Counted from the first letter of the stretch, positions 26,115 through 36,364 are shown. The stretch: DNA of 49,292 nucleotides from a virus (IMGVR_UViG_3300032269_000528:1-49292); one strand, 5' to 3'. The notes: a model not told the origin generated them from the sequence alone. Translations and numbers: made by a program.

Positions 26115-29100
26115 CTCCTTAACGGTGTAACAGCGGCAATCACCTTAGATGAATTATTGCCGCCCTGAATTTGAACCGGAATCTGCACCGTCACCAAACC
26201 CGACTGTTCCTCCATAGCGGGAATAGGGTTAGAGAACCGTCCCGACAAAAGGGAATACAGTGCGCTCTGTGGCGGCAGAATTCCGAACAAAGATTCAAAT
26301 TGCTGTAAAAGTGGAGGAACATTATTGACGCTAACAAAGTTAATTAAACCCGACACAAGGCTTTGAACTGCCTGCGTCAATCCATCAGCGAACTGCTGCA
26401 AAGGATTAGTCGGAGTAGGAACAGGAGAACCCACAGCGGCAATAGCTGGTGTCACGTCAATAACGCTTTGGATACGGGGAAGCGTTGTCAGCAACGCAAC
26501 CTGGCCGGGAAGCAAAGGCCCAAACGTGACAGTGTTATTGCCGATACCCTCGCCAATCACAAAAGTGCCGGGACCATAGCAAAGGTAGCGGGGCCACGCC
26601 GGTTGATCGCCGGAATTGCTTAACTCAATAAACCCGCTATCCGAACCGCCCGACCATGAATCAATGTTTGCTGGACCGATCTGAGTACCTGACGGGGAAC
26701 CCGCAGCCGACATTCCGAAACCCCAGCCGCGATATGCGGTACCGACCTTAGAGATTGCGGCAGAGTCAAACCATCCAAAACCAATACCAAAAAAGTTATC
26801 TATTCCGGCAATGATACGTTGCCACCAGTTACCGGCAGAAACCTGCGGAATGATAATTGGGGCACCATTAACGTACATTTGGAACTGATTAGAATTACGG
26901 TTATTTCCCGTAAAGAACTTTTCCAAATTCCCAATAACACCAGGCTCAATGACACCGCATTGCAGCGACAAAGTATCGCCAGCAACCAATGTTTTATTAG
27001 TCGGCCCAGCCCACACCTGAGTCAAAGTGCCGTTATTTAACACAGCCAAAGAACCCCAGTTATAGCCAAACCTTGCCCTGATGCCATTCAAGCCAGTCAG
27101 AGCGGTATCCATCCTGCCCCACAGGTCAATGAACGTGTGGGCAGTATTGTCGGTGACGCTCCACGCGGTTACATATGCCCCCAGGCTTCCAGAGCCAATG
27201 AGAGGGCAGTACGCTCCGAAACCGGCGTACCGATAGCTTGCACCGACACGGGCAACACCGCTAGTGTCGAAAGCCTGCATAACAATTGATCCGTTATAGC
27301 ACAAAACATAGTTAATGCCGTCTAACAGCAGGGTCCATGATCCGGCAGCGGAAGTCCACGACTCCGTTGCTAAAACGTTAGGGAAGCCGCTCCTGACAAC
27401 GCCAATCTCAACTTTATTGCTAAATATGTTAGCGAACACATAGTTAGACCCTTTAATGTCGGATCGTCCCGCGAGGGAAACCAGCGGACCACCGGTATTT
27501 GTATTGATTGAACCCGAAGTGGTAATAGAAACCGTTTGACTATCAGTGAGACTGGGAGATTGGTAAATGTTAACAATGCTTTCGCCGCCAGTCGCATTAA
27601 TATAAGTAGCGCCGCTGCTAGTAATTTTCCAGCCTGCATTATTTGAACTGAAGCCGCTGATATTTGCATACCACGAATATGTCGAGGGCTGTGCCGTCGC
27701 CGGAAACTCGCTAGAAAAAGTGCTGTTCAACTCGGGAAGGGGAGGGCTGATAGAAAGCAAAACGCCCGTCAGGTTGACGTTCGTTGCCGTCAAATCCTGA
27801 TATCCCAAAGAGTTAGCGAACTGTACCGTATAGCTGTAAGTGTAAACCCCCAACACGGCGGTAAAACTGGAAGTGACCGTGATATTTGCAGTGCTGGTTC
27901 CGATGGAAGTCGCCAACAAGCTCTGCACGGATGCGCTAGAAGCATTCCAGGCCACGTTTGCGGTGGCGGCAAAAGTGCCCCACTTGAGTGTGTAGTTACC
28001 GCCGGTAACGTTGTTGATTGAATACCGCCACTGGCTGCCGTTAGCGGTCGCAGACCACGACTGGGCCGTGCCGCCCGTAGCCGGGGCAACCGACCCCGAA
28101 CCGCCCGTCAAGCTACCCGTATTGATCTTCAACGAACCGGCCACCGGAGTCGAAGACGACAACGTAACGGCATAGCTGCCAGGAGTGCCCGACACCGTAA
28201 CATTACCTGAGCCGATATTGGTGAGAGCGCCAAGTGCGGTTTTCACCGCAGAAATCGACGGCCAACCGGCAGAATACGTCAACGCCGACGTGGTTTGACC
28301 CCCATACGACAACGTAAATGAACCACCCGTCGCGGTAACGGAAACAACAGAACCGACCACCGGCAAAGGCATATCGCTTTGCAAATTCACGCTAATCATC
28401 TGATGGTCATTACCGGAATGACTATTGGCAGAATTGGAACCCTTACCAGAATACTGATTAATCACACTGCCATTTGCGCTGCCGTTGGCAATCCACGAAC
28501 ACACGCCGGAAGCTGGGGTAGCGCACAAACCCGCCCCGGTATAGGTTTGCTGCCAATTTGACTGCAAACTTCCGTAATCCTGGCGATCAAAAATGTCAGA
28601 CACACCATTGCTGTCATGCCCATACACCGCAACCGAATCGACGCCCTGCCAAAAAGCGTTATCGTTACGGGCAACCCAGCTATACTGAACCTTCCCGCCC
28701 TGATACCAGTCATCCTTAAAAGGATTTGCCACATTCTTACCCATACGAACGTCGCACCACCACTCGCCACGCTCGGGCGAAAACCAACACAACTTACCCG
28801 TTTTCCTGGCATCCCAAGCACCCCACCACGAACGCACGGTGCTACGGAAATCGGAAGGAGATATACCGGATAGCTCAACTTGCATCGCAATTTCGGCAGG
28901 CTCATACAAAGTGTCATACCAAGTAGTGCCGTCCTGCCGCGAACCCTTATTGTCCAAATGCCGGAACGGTGCATCCAAGCCCTGAATAGCGACAATGGCG
29001 GCACCGTTCTGGGCACCCAACACCGGGGCGAGGGGACCACGCAAATGGAAAATGGTCCCCTCGTACCCGACATAAGAAATCTGGGAATCCCTAAACGCCA

Positions 29101-29149
29101 GCAATTGATTATTTTGATAAGTCAACGGTGCCGGTGGAAACGTCGTCAA
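26102..29149 (-). CDS. distal tail protein (Dit) with large internal insertions
   Basis: First gene after the tape measure; N-terminal RQDG.TW...LYEP and W...W......GKL.W motifs, C-terminal N.GD..AWPRYL..GPG; ~650 aa inserted. Confidence 0.85.
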   Translation of the reverse strand: MTTFPPAPLTYQNNQLLAFRDSQISYVGYEGTIFHLRGPLAPVLGAQNGAAIVAIQGLDAPFRHLDNKGSRQDGTTWYDTLYEPAEIAMQVELSGISPSDFRSTVRSWWGAWDARKTGKLCWFSPERGEWWCDVRMGKNVANPFKDDWYQGGKVQYSWVARNDNAFWQGVDSVAVYGHDSNGVSDIFDRQDYGSLQSNWQQTYTGAGLCATPASGVCSWIANGSANGSVINQYSGKGSNSANSHSGNDHQMISVNLQSDMPLPVVGSVVSVTATGGSFTLSYGGQTTSALTYSAGWPSISAVKTALGALTNIGSGNVTVSGTPGSYAVTLSSSTPVAGSLKINTGSLTGGSGSVAPATGGTAQSWSATANGSQWRYSINNVTGGNYTLKWGTFAATANVAWNASSASVQSLLATSIGTSTANITVTSSFTAVLGVYTYSYTVQFANSLGYQDLTATNVNLTGVLLSISPPLPELNSTFSSEFPATAQPSTYSWYANISGFSSNNAGWKITSSGATYINATGGESIVNIYQSPSLTDSQTVSITTSGSINTNTGGPLVSLAGRSDIKGSNYVFANIFSNKVEIGVVRSGFPNVLATESWTSAAGSWTLLLDGINYVLCYNGSIVMQAFDTSGVARVGASYRYAGFGAYCPLIGSGSLGAYVTAWSVTDNTAHTFIDLWGRMDTALTGLNGIRARFGYNWGSLAVLNNGTLTQVWAGPTNKTLVAGDTLSLQCGVIEPGVIGNLEKFFTGNNRNSNQFQMYVNGAPIIIPQVSAGNWWQRIIAGIDNFFGIGFGWFDSAAISKVGTAYRGWGFGMSAAGSPSGTQIGPANIDSWSGGSDSGFIELSNSGDQPAWPRYLCYGPGTFVIGEGIGNNTVTFGPLLPGQVALLTTLPRIQSVIDVTPAIAAVGSPVPTPTNPLQQFADGLTQAVQSLVSGLINFVSVNNVPPLLQQFESLFGILPPQSALYSLLSGRFSNPIPAMEEQSGLVTVQIPVQIQGGNNSSKVIAAVTPLRRWPE

Positions 29150-29169
29150 GGAAAACCCCCTATATTTGT

Positions 29170-32100
29170 TTAAGGATTAAACAGCATCGGGAACTGAGTT
29201 AGCCCCTGATTAATCGCCCTCGTAGCACCATTAGCGTCAGGAACGCCATGAATGTTATTGGTTTGATTAATGTTCATCTCGCCGGGAGATGTTTTGTTAT
29301 CTCCCTTATGTTCCTCATCGGGCTTCACAGGCGGTGCCGTATTACCGGCAGTATTATCCGACTGCTTTTGAGCGCCAGCTAAAGCGCCACCAATCTTAGA
29401 AATCCAGCCGCCCTTATTACCCACACTACTACCGTCAGGATCATGGATACTGAAAGTTTCGGACAATGCCTCAACGCCAATACCTGCAACCTGGCTAAGA
29501 TACTGTGCAAAACGGTTAGCTTCCTTCAAGCCAACAGTACCAAGATGGCCTACACCGGGCATCGCGGCATCAAGGGCCGAACCAGCGGCAGTAATAGCAC
29601 CCTGAACTAGAGGACTATTGGTGATACCGGCACCGATACCCGCACCAGTACCGGGAGATCGCGTTGCTGCGGTATTGTTACTTACAGCAGGAGAGCCTGC
29701 ACCGGTAACGCCACCGTCACCTACAGGCGCACCCGCCTCCGTTGCAGGGGAGGGGGGATAGGGTGGCCCAGGTTGCCTGTAGCCGGGACCAAGCCCACCA
29801 GAACCATTACCATTACCCGAAGTCGGCAGAAAAGGACTCCAACCCGTCCCGGTACCGGCAACAATACCGCGTCCGCGAGTAGCCTGAAAAGCATCTGCCT
29901 GAGTAACAGAATACCTTTTTCCACCAGCAGTATCCGAAAGATTTATCAATCCAGTAGCAGGATCGTAGCCTGTCGCCGCAATAAAGTGCCCCGGTTCAAA
30001 AACACGTCCACCAATAGAACTGCCGGGAGCAACATTCAAAATTGATCCCGTACCATTCATAATAGAAGCCTGAATAGCATTAGTCATTGCTGCTTGACTT
30101 CCGCCAGAACCAGGCATTGCCTTAAACTTACCGGCAGGATCAAGCCTATTAAGACCATCAGCCAATTCATATATGTTTGTGCCCGGTTTAATTTGCGTCA
30201 TAAGCTGATCTTGACTAATCTTTAGACCTGCGTGAGACAAGATAATTTGAGCAGAAGCATCAATACAATCGTTATAGTATTTCTGATTCTGAACACTCAT
30301 AGTTGCCAAATTAAAGCCCTGTAAGCCCCTGGTTCGTTCGATCATATCGGGACTCGGGCCATTGCCATTACCCGACGTTGGCAGACCGGCAGCGGCGGCA
30401 GCGGCAGCGGCTTCCTGTTGCTCAGGAATGCCCGCAGCACGCGCCGCAGCAGCGGCGGCAGGACCCCACTTAGGAACTGCCGGTGTCGCAGGGCCAGCAG
30501 TCGGAGTGGAACCATTGGGCAACGCAATAGGATTACCGTCAGCATCCGTAGCCGTAGCGCCAGCCGGAATCTGACCAGCCAACTTATCCGCTATAGCCTT
30601 ATCTTTAAGATACTTAGCCGAACCGGGAAGGTCTTTCTGCAACTGAGCATTAGCCTCAAGCCACTTCTCCACCGCCTGCTGAGCGGCATCCTGCTGAGAA
30701 AGAAGAATCCCATCAAGATTATCCTTAGCATTCAACCAAGAATTTAATGCATTAGCTGTCCGCTTATCTTTAGGGCCAAATCTTGATAAAGCATCAACAT
30801 AGTTTCTTTGAGCATTCTCGGCTGTTCGCGTAGCCTCTTGCAACTTAAGTTGATACTCAAGTTTTTTGCGTTCCGAAGCAGTCATCTTAGACAAATCGCC
30901 AATTTGACTGGTATCTATACCAGAATCGCCGCCCTCACCGTCCTGCCCCCTAGCCATCAACTGACCCAAGGGATTACCCAAGGCAAGCTCAGCCAAAAAG
31001 CCGGTAAAGAATTGCACAATATGGCCGACGAAACCGCCCTTACCGCTAAACGCGGCCTGTAGCGGATTAGTTACACCTTCCGGCAAGGCACCCGTAAAGC
31101 CGTCAATCCCGCCACCGCCGGTACCGCCAGTACCGCCGGTAGCCATACCGGATAGCGCAGATTCTAAACCTGGAATTGTCACCGTAACCGGATTACCGTA
31201 AGTACCGTCAGGAGCATCCGTTGTTAAACCAGAACCCGCCGGGGTATAGCCGCCGCCATCATCAACAGGGAAGCCGCCATTAAGTTTATTTTGGCGATAC
31301 GTTGGACTAATCAAATTAGTATTAGGGTGACCACCACCACCATATATTTTGTTATCCAACTTATCTGGATCGCCCTGATAAGGAGCAATCTTGCCGTCTT
31401 TGTCAAAAAGCGGATCGAAATAAGGCAACCCGCCAGGATAACCACTACCGCCCTTACCGGCAAAACCGCCCATTGCCCGACCGTGAAGCTGATCGACAAT
31501 ATCTGCTTTAGTTTTATCGTTTCCACGATTAAAAGCATCTCGGGTATCATCGTTATAGTCTGGGTTATCGTTGAATGGATGAGCTTTTCCATACATGTCA
31601 AGGAAATCGTAGGCAAGAACACCTAGCATTGCCATCGGCCCAAGCATACTACCGATACCGCTAGCAGCCCTACCCACACTGGTGCCAAGAGTTCCCACCT
31701 TAGTGGCAGCATTACCGGCTTCTTTAGCTACACCGCCCATCTTGCCGCCAAGGCCAAGGAATCCCGTACCAAGGCTACTAAACACCCCGTCAAAAGCCAT
31801 AGCCGTTTTTAAGATAACCCACCTACCGGCCATCAACGCAACAACATCGACTAATGCGTGAAGAATTACCTGATGAGAATTAAAGAAATTAAATAAACCG
31901 GTAAGAGCCTCAACAAACGTTTTCATAACGGGAAGCAAAGACTGACCAATAGAAATAGCAGCATCAGTCATAGATCGTTTCATCTGATCTATCTGAACCT
32001 TTAACGTTTCAGCAACCTTGGCCCAACCCGAAACGTCCGCGCCGCCATTCTCACCTTTAGCGCCCAACGTATCCTTTTGCGTTTGAGCAAGGTTGGCCCT

Positions 32101-33651
32101 GGCGTCGGCTGTACCAAAATCTTGAGACATAATTTTCATGCCAGATTGGTTATTGGTCAAACCAAGAATCACCTGTTCTGGCGTAATGTAATCGGAACCA
32201 TATTTTTGAGCCACCGGGTTGAACGCTTGAACTTTATTTCGTTGCGTATACCATGCCCGAAGCCTAGCGTTTTCCGGTCCCTCGCGGGTAGCGTTACGCA
32301 AATCTTCCGGCAACAAAGTACCAGCATCAATCCTGTTCGCTATATCCTGCATCTCAGGAGACAAAGTATCGTAATACCTTTTAAGGGTTTTTTGCTGATC
32401 CAAGTTATTGTAAGTGCTAGAAATCTTAACTCGACCATAATTTTCGTCATTAGGGTCACTAATAACGCGAGATTGAACCAAATCCCACATATGCTGCATG
32501 ATCCCAATTGGGCCTTCAGTGGTTAGCTGCTTCTGCAAATCCTCGTAAGAGCCGCCGTTGATAGCGCCATACATAGCACGGGCATTACCGCTACCCGTGA
32601 TAAGGTTCGTTACCGTGTTGTTGACAAGATCGGTAGTTTGATCCGCAGAAGTACCGCCCTGCGTGCCCTGAGCAACCAAAGCCATCATCTGAGCGAACAT
32701 CATCGGACCCTTTTTGGGGTCACCCTGCGTAAGAATCTTCATCACAGGCTCAACGTTATGCAAAGAGCCAGCCAACTCATCAATCGACACCGAAGCGTCC
32801 TTAGCCCCAGAACGGAGCATAGACGCAACCTTAACGGCCTCACCGGTACCGAAAGAAAAGTCTTTCATCGTGAAAAGAATGGCCTGCATAGAATTCTCTA
32901 GACCGGTGCCCTCAATGGCAGCCAACTGCGCCGCAGCACTTATCAATTTCAAGTTATTGGCCGCGTCTTGAAAGTTGGGTCCAGCTTTAGCCACTAGCGT
33001 AGAGGCTTTAAGCAATTCTTCCAAGCTGGCACCGGTCTGCGTCGAAACCTGCAACAAGCCGTCATGCAGAATCTTCATCGACCCTGCCGTTTGATCCGTT
33101 TTGGCTTGCAAGCTAGCCAAACCAAACTCATAATTTTTTGCATCTTTTACAGCAGTTGCGCCAATAACGCCGGTCATAATAGCGGCCCCGGCACCCATAT
33201 AATTAAATGCCCTGCCAGCCGCTAAGCTAGAGGCGGCAACCGCACCGGTTGCTGCGTTTAATTCCGCTGAAGATTTAGCAGCCCTAGCTTCAGCTTGCGA
33301 CTTTTCATCCATTGCCTGATTTTGGCGTCTTGCCGCAATCACTGCGGCATCATCTGCACGCTGCTTGGTGATAGCCGAAGCCCTGGAAGCCTCAACCGCT
33401 ACTCTACGTTCCTCGGCTACGCCAGCATCACCGGCAGCCTTATATAACGCGATCTTTGCCCTAGCCAACCTGTTTGCGTCAGCAATTTGCTGATCGGTCA
33501 ACCTAGCAATCTCGGCAGCCTGCTTTGAACTCTGGGCGCTCATTTCAGAACCGGCTTTACCAAACAAAGCCTTCATCTGAGCAATAACCGCCGCCAACGC
33601 CGCCAACTCAAGCTGCGGAAGAATCTTAATAAAAATACCGTCAGCGGCCAC
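29170..33651 (-). CDS. tape measure protein with a C39-like peptidase domain
   Basis: 1493 aa, Ala-rich and helical, after the tail chaperones; Q....C / GHF...GYD / LSD motif near the C-terminus. Confidence 0.92.
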   Translation of the reverse strand: MAADGIFIKILPQLELAALAAVIAQMKALFGKAGSEMSAQSSKQAAEIARLTDQQIADANRLARAKIALYKAAGDAGVAEERRVAVEASRASAITKQRADDAAVIAARRQNQAMDEKSQAEARAAKSSAELNAATGAVAASSLAAGRAFNYMGAGAAIMTGVIGATAVKDAKNYEFGLASLQAKTDQTAGSMKILHDGLLQVSTQTGASLEELLKASTLVAKAGPNFQDAANNLKLISAAAQLAAIEGTGLENSMQAILFTMKDFSFGTGEAVKVASMLRSGAKDASVSIDELAGSLHNVEPVMKILTQGDPKKGPMMFAQMMALVAQGTQGGTSADQTTDLVNNTVTNLITGSGNARAMYGAINGGSYEDLQKQLTTEGPIGIMQHMWDLVQSRVISDPNDENYGRVKISSTYNNLDQQKTLKRYYDTLSPEMQDIANRIDAGTLLPEDLRNATREGPENARLRAWYTQRNKVQAFNPVAQKYGSDYITPEQVILGLTNNQSGMKIMSQDFGTADARANLAQTQKDTLGAKGENGGADVSGWAKVAETLKVQIDQMKRSMTDAAISIGQSLLPVMKTFVEALTGLFNFFNSHQVILHALVDVVALMAGRWVILKTAMAFDGVFSSLGTGFLGLGGKMGGVAKEAGNAATKVGTLGTSVGRAASGIGSMLGPMAMLGVLAYDFLDMYGKAHPFNDNPDYNDDTRDAFNRGNDKTKADIVDQLHGRAMGGFAGKGGSGYPGGLPYFDPLFDKDGKIAPYQGDPDKLDNKIYGGGGHPNTNLISPTYRQNKLNGGFPVDDGGGYTPAGSGLTTDAPDGTYGNPVTVTIPGLESALSGMATGGTGGTGGGGIDGFTGALPEGVTNPLQAAFSGKGGFVGHIVQFFTGFLAELALGNPLGQLMARGQDGEGGDSGIDTSQIGDLSKMTASERKKLEYQLKLQEATRTAENAQRNYVDALSRFGPKDKRTANALNSWLNAKDNLDGILLSQQDAAQQAVEKWLEANAQLQKDLPGSAKYLKDKAIADKLAGQIPAGATATDADGNPIALPNGSTPTAGPATPAVPKWGPAAAAAARAAGIPEQQEAAAAAAAAGLPTSGNGNGPSPDMIERTRGLQGFNLATMSVQNQKYYNDCIDASAQIILSHAGLKISQDQLMTQIKPGTNIYELADGLNRLDPAGKFKAMPGSGGSQAAMTNAIQASIMNGTGSILNVAPGSSIGGRVFEPGHFIAATGYDPATGLINLSDTAGGKRYSVTQADAFQATRGRGIVAGTGTGWSPFLPTSGNGNGSGGLGPGYRQPGPPYPPSPATEAGAPVGDGGVTGAGSPAVSNNTAATRSPGTGAGIGAGITNSPLVQGAITAAGSALDAAMPGVGHLGTVGLKEANRFAQYLSQVAGIGVEALSETFSIHDPDGSSVGNKGGWISKIGGALAGAQKQSDNTAGNTAPPVKPDEEHKGDNKTSPGEMNINQTNNIHGVPDANGATRAINQGLTQFPMLFNP

Positions 33652-33667
33652 GCCGAACCTCCTACAA

Positions 33668-34087
33668 TTATTCTTCCAACACGGGCATCAACGGAACAGC
33701 ACCGCCATGCAACTGAGCCAAAATACCGCCCCGCATAGAAGCAGAATTTTTTTCTTTATCCAATTCTAAACGACATTGCGAAGGAGACTTCATTAACACA
33801 GGCTCCATTTTTTCCGAAGAATGAATAGCCACATTGTCTGCACGCATAATACGAATCTCATTCAAAATGCTAGCAAGCAAATACTTACCGTCATCCCAAT
33901 CGTCACGATACATGGTTTTGAATTGGCTCGTTTCACGCAACCCCACCAACAACACCATAAGGCGGCGAGAAGATAACTTCAAACGCCCATGCTTATCGCG
34001 GGTACGATTCCACCAATCATGTATATCAATACCGATCTGCAAAAAATCGGATTCAATTTCCTCGGGGAAAAAACGAAGAAGCCCCAA
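33668..34087 (-). CDS. tail assembly chaperone, frameshift-extended part (gpGT)
   Basis: EIE.D.......I.DW......G..KLSSRRL..L...L.E.S.FK; in the -1 frame from the slippery site. Confidence 0.85.
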   Translation of the reverse strand: MGLLRFFPEEIESDFLQIGIDIHDWWNRTRDKHGRLKLSSRRLMVLLVGLRETSQFKTMYRDDWDDGKYLLASILNEIRIMRADNVAIHSSEKMEPVLMKSPSQCRLELDKEKNSASMRGGILAQLHGGAVPLMPVLEE

Positions 34088-34095
34088 GGCGTCAA

Positions 34096-34527
34096 TTATT
34101 TTGGGTCGTCGCTGATCGCCGTTTCGCTCAACACATTATCTTCCTCATCGTGAGCGCGAACCATCTCATTCCACGCCAACTGAATATCGTTAGAATGACC
34201 GCCGTTAGCGACAAACAAAGCGTGCTGTTCATCTCCAAGAATGGCGCGTGCCGAACGAATGTTCTGCGGATCGGCCAACTTACCGTCGATACGGTGCGGA
34301 ATCTTAACCTCACCGCTCTTATCTTTATCCAAATCCTCGCCCTGGTTGAAACGTTCCAACCGGACCTGTGCATCATCATCCACCAGAAGCGGGTGCCACA
34401 CACGCACCGTCACATCAGCGTTATCGGTTTCCAAATCAATGTAGGGTGCCTGTCCCAATGCTTCAATAGCTTGTTCCCGAAGCTCTGAAGTTTTCATGTG
34501 ACGACGCCGCTCGGCCCTATTAGCCAT
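34096..34527 (-). CDS. tail assembly chaperone (gpG)
   Basis: Between the major tail and tape measure genes; ends at the slippery sequence. Confidence 0.85.
   Translation of the reverse strand: MANRAERRRHMKTSELREQAIEALGQAPYIDLETDNADVTVRVWHPLLVDDDAQVRLERFNQGEDLDKDKSGEVKIPHRIDGKLADPQNIRSARAILGDEQHALFVANGGHSNDIQLAWNEMVRAHDEEDNVLSETAISDDPK
34099..34105 (-). other. programmed -1 ribosomal frameshift site CCCAAAA
   Basis: C CCA AAA TAA at the end of gpG; the -1 frame reads P-K-I-I-D-A-L-G-L-L-R-F into 33668-34087. Confidence 0.85.
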
Positions 34528-34571
34528 AGTCTACTATTCCCCAATGCTATAAAATTGCGTGAATTAAAATA

Positions 34572-34620
34572 AAGCAAAAGAGAAGCCCCGACCCTGTGAC
34601 GAGCCGGGGCTTCCCTTTTG
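34572..34620 (-). terminator. intrinsic terminator after the major tail gene
   Basis: GAAGCCCCG (34582-34590) / CGGGGCTTC (34605-34613) with A/T tracts on both sides. Confidence 0.75.
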
Positions 34621-34627
34621 TACTCTA

Positions 34628-36322
34628 CTAGGTAGAGGTAATGCTATTGCTCAGCGGATACGAAGCGAACAAGCCCGAAGGTGCAGTCGCAACGATCTGG
34701 AACTGATAGATAGTGCTAGTGGTAAGACCGCTCACCTGAATGGTTGCCGCACCACCGGCAGCCGTAACGGTAGGCAGTGTCGTAGATGCCACCGTCGAAG
34801 CCGTGTAAACACCCGAACCGACAATGGTCTGAGTGACCGTGTAAGTGTAGGTGCCCAGCGGAACGGTCGGCACGTTGAACACAAGGTTTGCCTTGGAACC
34901 GGCAACGGTGCTAGCCACTACGGTAGCGCCGCAATCGGTGAACGAAGTCGCGGAAGCGCCAGCGCTCGGCAACGTCACCAACACGTTCTCGCCGCTAGCC
35001 GAAGTGCCACGGTAAACTTTGTATCCGGTAGCGCCCGTAACCGCACCGAAACCAACAGTGACAGCCTGCGAAGCGGTAGGCGTGATGGTGACCTCGGACG
35101 AACCGGAAGTTTCGCCGTTCGCCGTGAGGGCCGTAACCTTGTAGTAGTAAGGAACAGCAGACAGGGTTTCGCCAACGGCACCGGTAACGTTAGCGGCCAA
35201 ACCGGTAGCGGTCACCGACGTAGGCACCGCGATAGCAGCCGTGTTCGTAGTCGGCGGCGAAGCCGTCGTACCGGCAGCACCAGTATCCGTAGACGTGACA
35301 GTTGCACCCGAAACGATAGTGTTAATCAGCTTGTTTTCAACACCAGCAGCAGTACCACGATACAGCTTGTATCCGGTAGCACCCGTCACGGCAGTCCACG
35401 ACACCACGTTCGATGACGTGGAACCCGTTGTGGTAGCAGTGATTTCGTTCGATGCCGTAGTCTCACCCAAAGCGGTGGTAGCGGTAACAACCCAGTAGTA
35501 AGTACCGGCAGCCAACGTACCGCCCGTAGTGGACGGGGCACCCGAAATTACCGGCGAGTTGATCGTCGCAGTATTGACAGTCGGCACAGTGCCAGAAATA
35601 CCAGACGGCAGAGTGACAGCGCCACCCTCCGAAAACCACACCGAACCGCCACGCAGCGTGTTGGAATCCCAACCGCAATACGGGTCAACGTGAACCGTGA
35701 AAGTCAGTTCCTTAACGTCGATCTGCTTGGAACCCCACTGGCGCTTGTTTTTCTTAGCCAAAGTTACGCGAGGACGCAACTCTACCTGATACTCCGGTTG
35801 ACCGTTGGGGCCGACCGAACCATCAACACCGATCAGCAAAAGCTGACGGTACACCGTATCTGAGTAGTACGGCTTCTGAAGCTGATAGTTCTGAGCGCCA
35901 AGCGTCGGGTAAGTAGGAACGCCAGTGAACCCGATAGGAAGATTGTAGTACAGGTAATCCACCAGCGGAGTGGTATCCGCACAAGAAAACATGACTTCTT
36001 CATCATCCATTGTGATATCGGTGCGCTGTGAACGCCGCGACTGCCAAATGTGGGTTTCATCAGCATTGAACTTAGGGGTGAACTCAACACCGTTTTCGGT
36101 GATAGAGCCAACATCGTAGAAGCCGTAGCCGCCCTGAGAAACCGGGGCCAGCAACAGCGGATTGAGTGCGCCGTTAGAGGCAAACACGGGAAGGTCCGTC
36201 ATGTTAGTGGAACCATTGGGATCATAGTCCCTAACCAAGACGCTACCGTAGAGCCATTTGCGAATGCGAGAGCCGTCACCCGTGTAGAATGACGGCCACA
36301 ACACACCAGTACCTACAGCCAT
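34628..36322 (-). CDS. major tail protein with C-terminal FN3/Ig-like extensions
   Basis: IRKWLYGSVLVRDY...DVG.I.ENGV.F.P...QSR..QRTD tube domain (~235 aa), then Thr/Gly-rich beta modules. Confidence 0.88.
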   Translation of the reverse strand: MAVGTGVLWPSFYTGDGSRIRKWLYGSVLVRDYDPNGSTNMTDLPVFASNGALNPLLLAPVSQGGYGFYDVGSITENGVEFTPKFNADETHIWQSRRSQRTDITMDDEEVMFSCADTTPLVDYLYYNLPIGFTGVPTYPTLGAQNYQLQKPYYSDTVYRQLLLIGVDGSVGPNGQPEYQVELRPRVTLAKKNKRQWGSKQIDVKELTFTVHVDPYCGWDSNTLRGGSVWFSEGGAVTLPSGISGTVPTVNTATINSPVISGAPSTTGGTLAAGTYYWVVTATTALGETTASNEITATTTGSTSSNVVSWTAVTGATGYKLYRGTAAGVENKLINTIVSGATVTSTDTGAAGTTASPPTTNTAAIAVPTSVTATGLAANVTGAVGETLSAVPYYYKVTALTANGETSGSSEVTITPTASQAVTVGFGAVTGATGYKVYRGTSASGENVLVTLPSAGASATSFTDCGATVVASTVAGSKANLVFNVPTVPLGTYTYTVTQTIVGSGVYTASTVASTTLPTVTAAGGAATIQVSGLTTSTIYQFQIVATAPSGLFASYPLSNSITST

Positions 36323-36364
36323 ATTAAGTTATTCCTTTTTTGTTGGGAAAGATAAATTGAAGTT

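Noticed and set aside
17180-29149. Diversity-generating retroelement or invertase-driven tail-fibre switching
   Set aside because: No reverse transcriptase or invertase, and no near-identical TR/VR pair was seen; the repeats are diverged protein modules.
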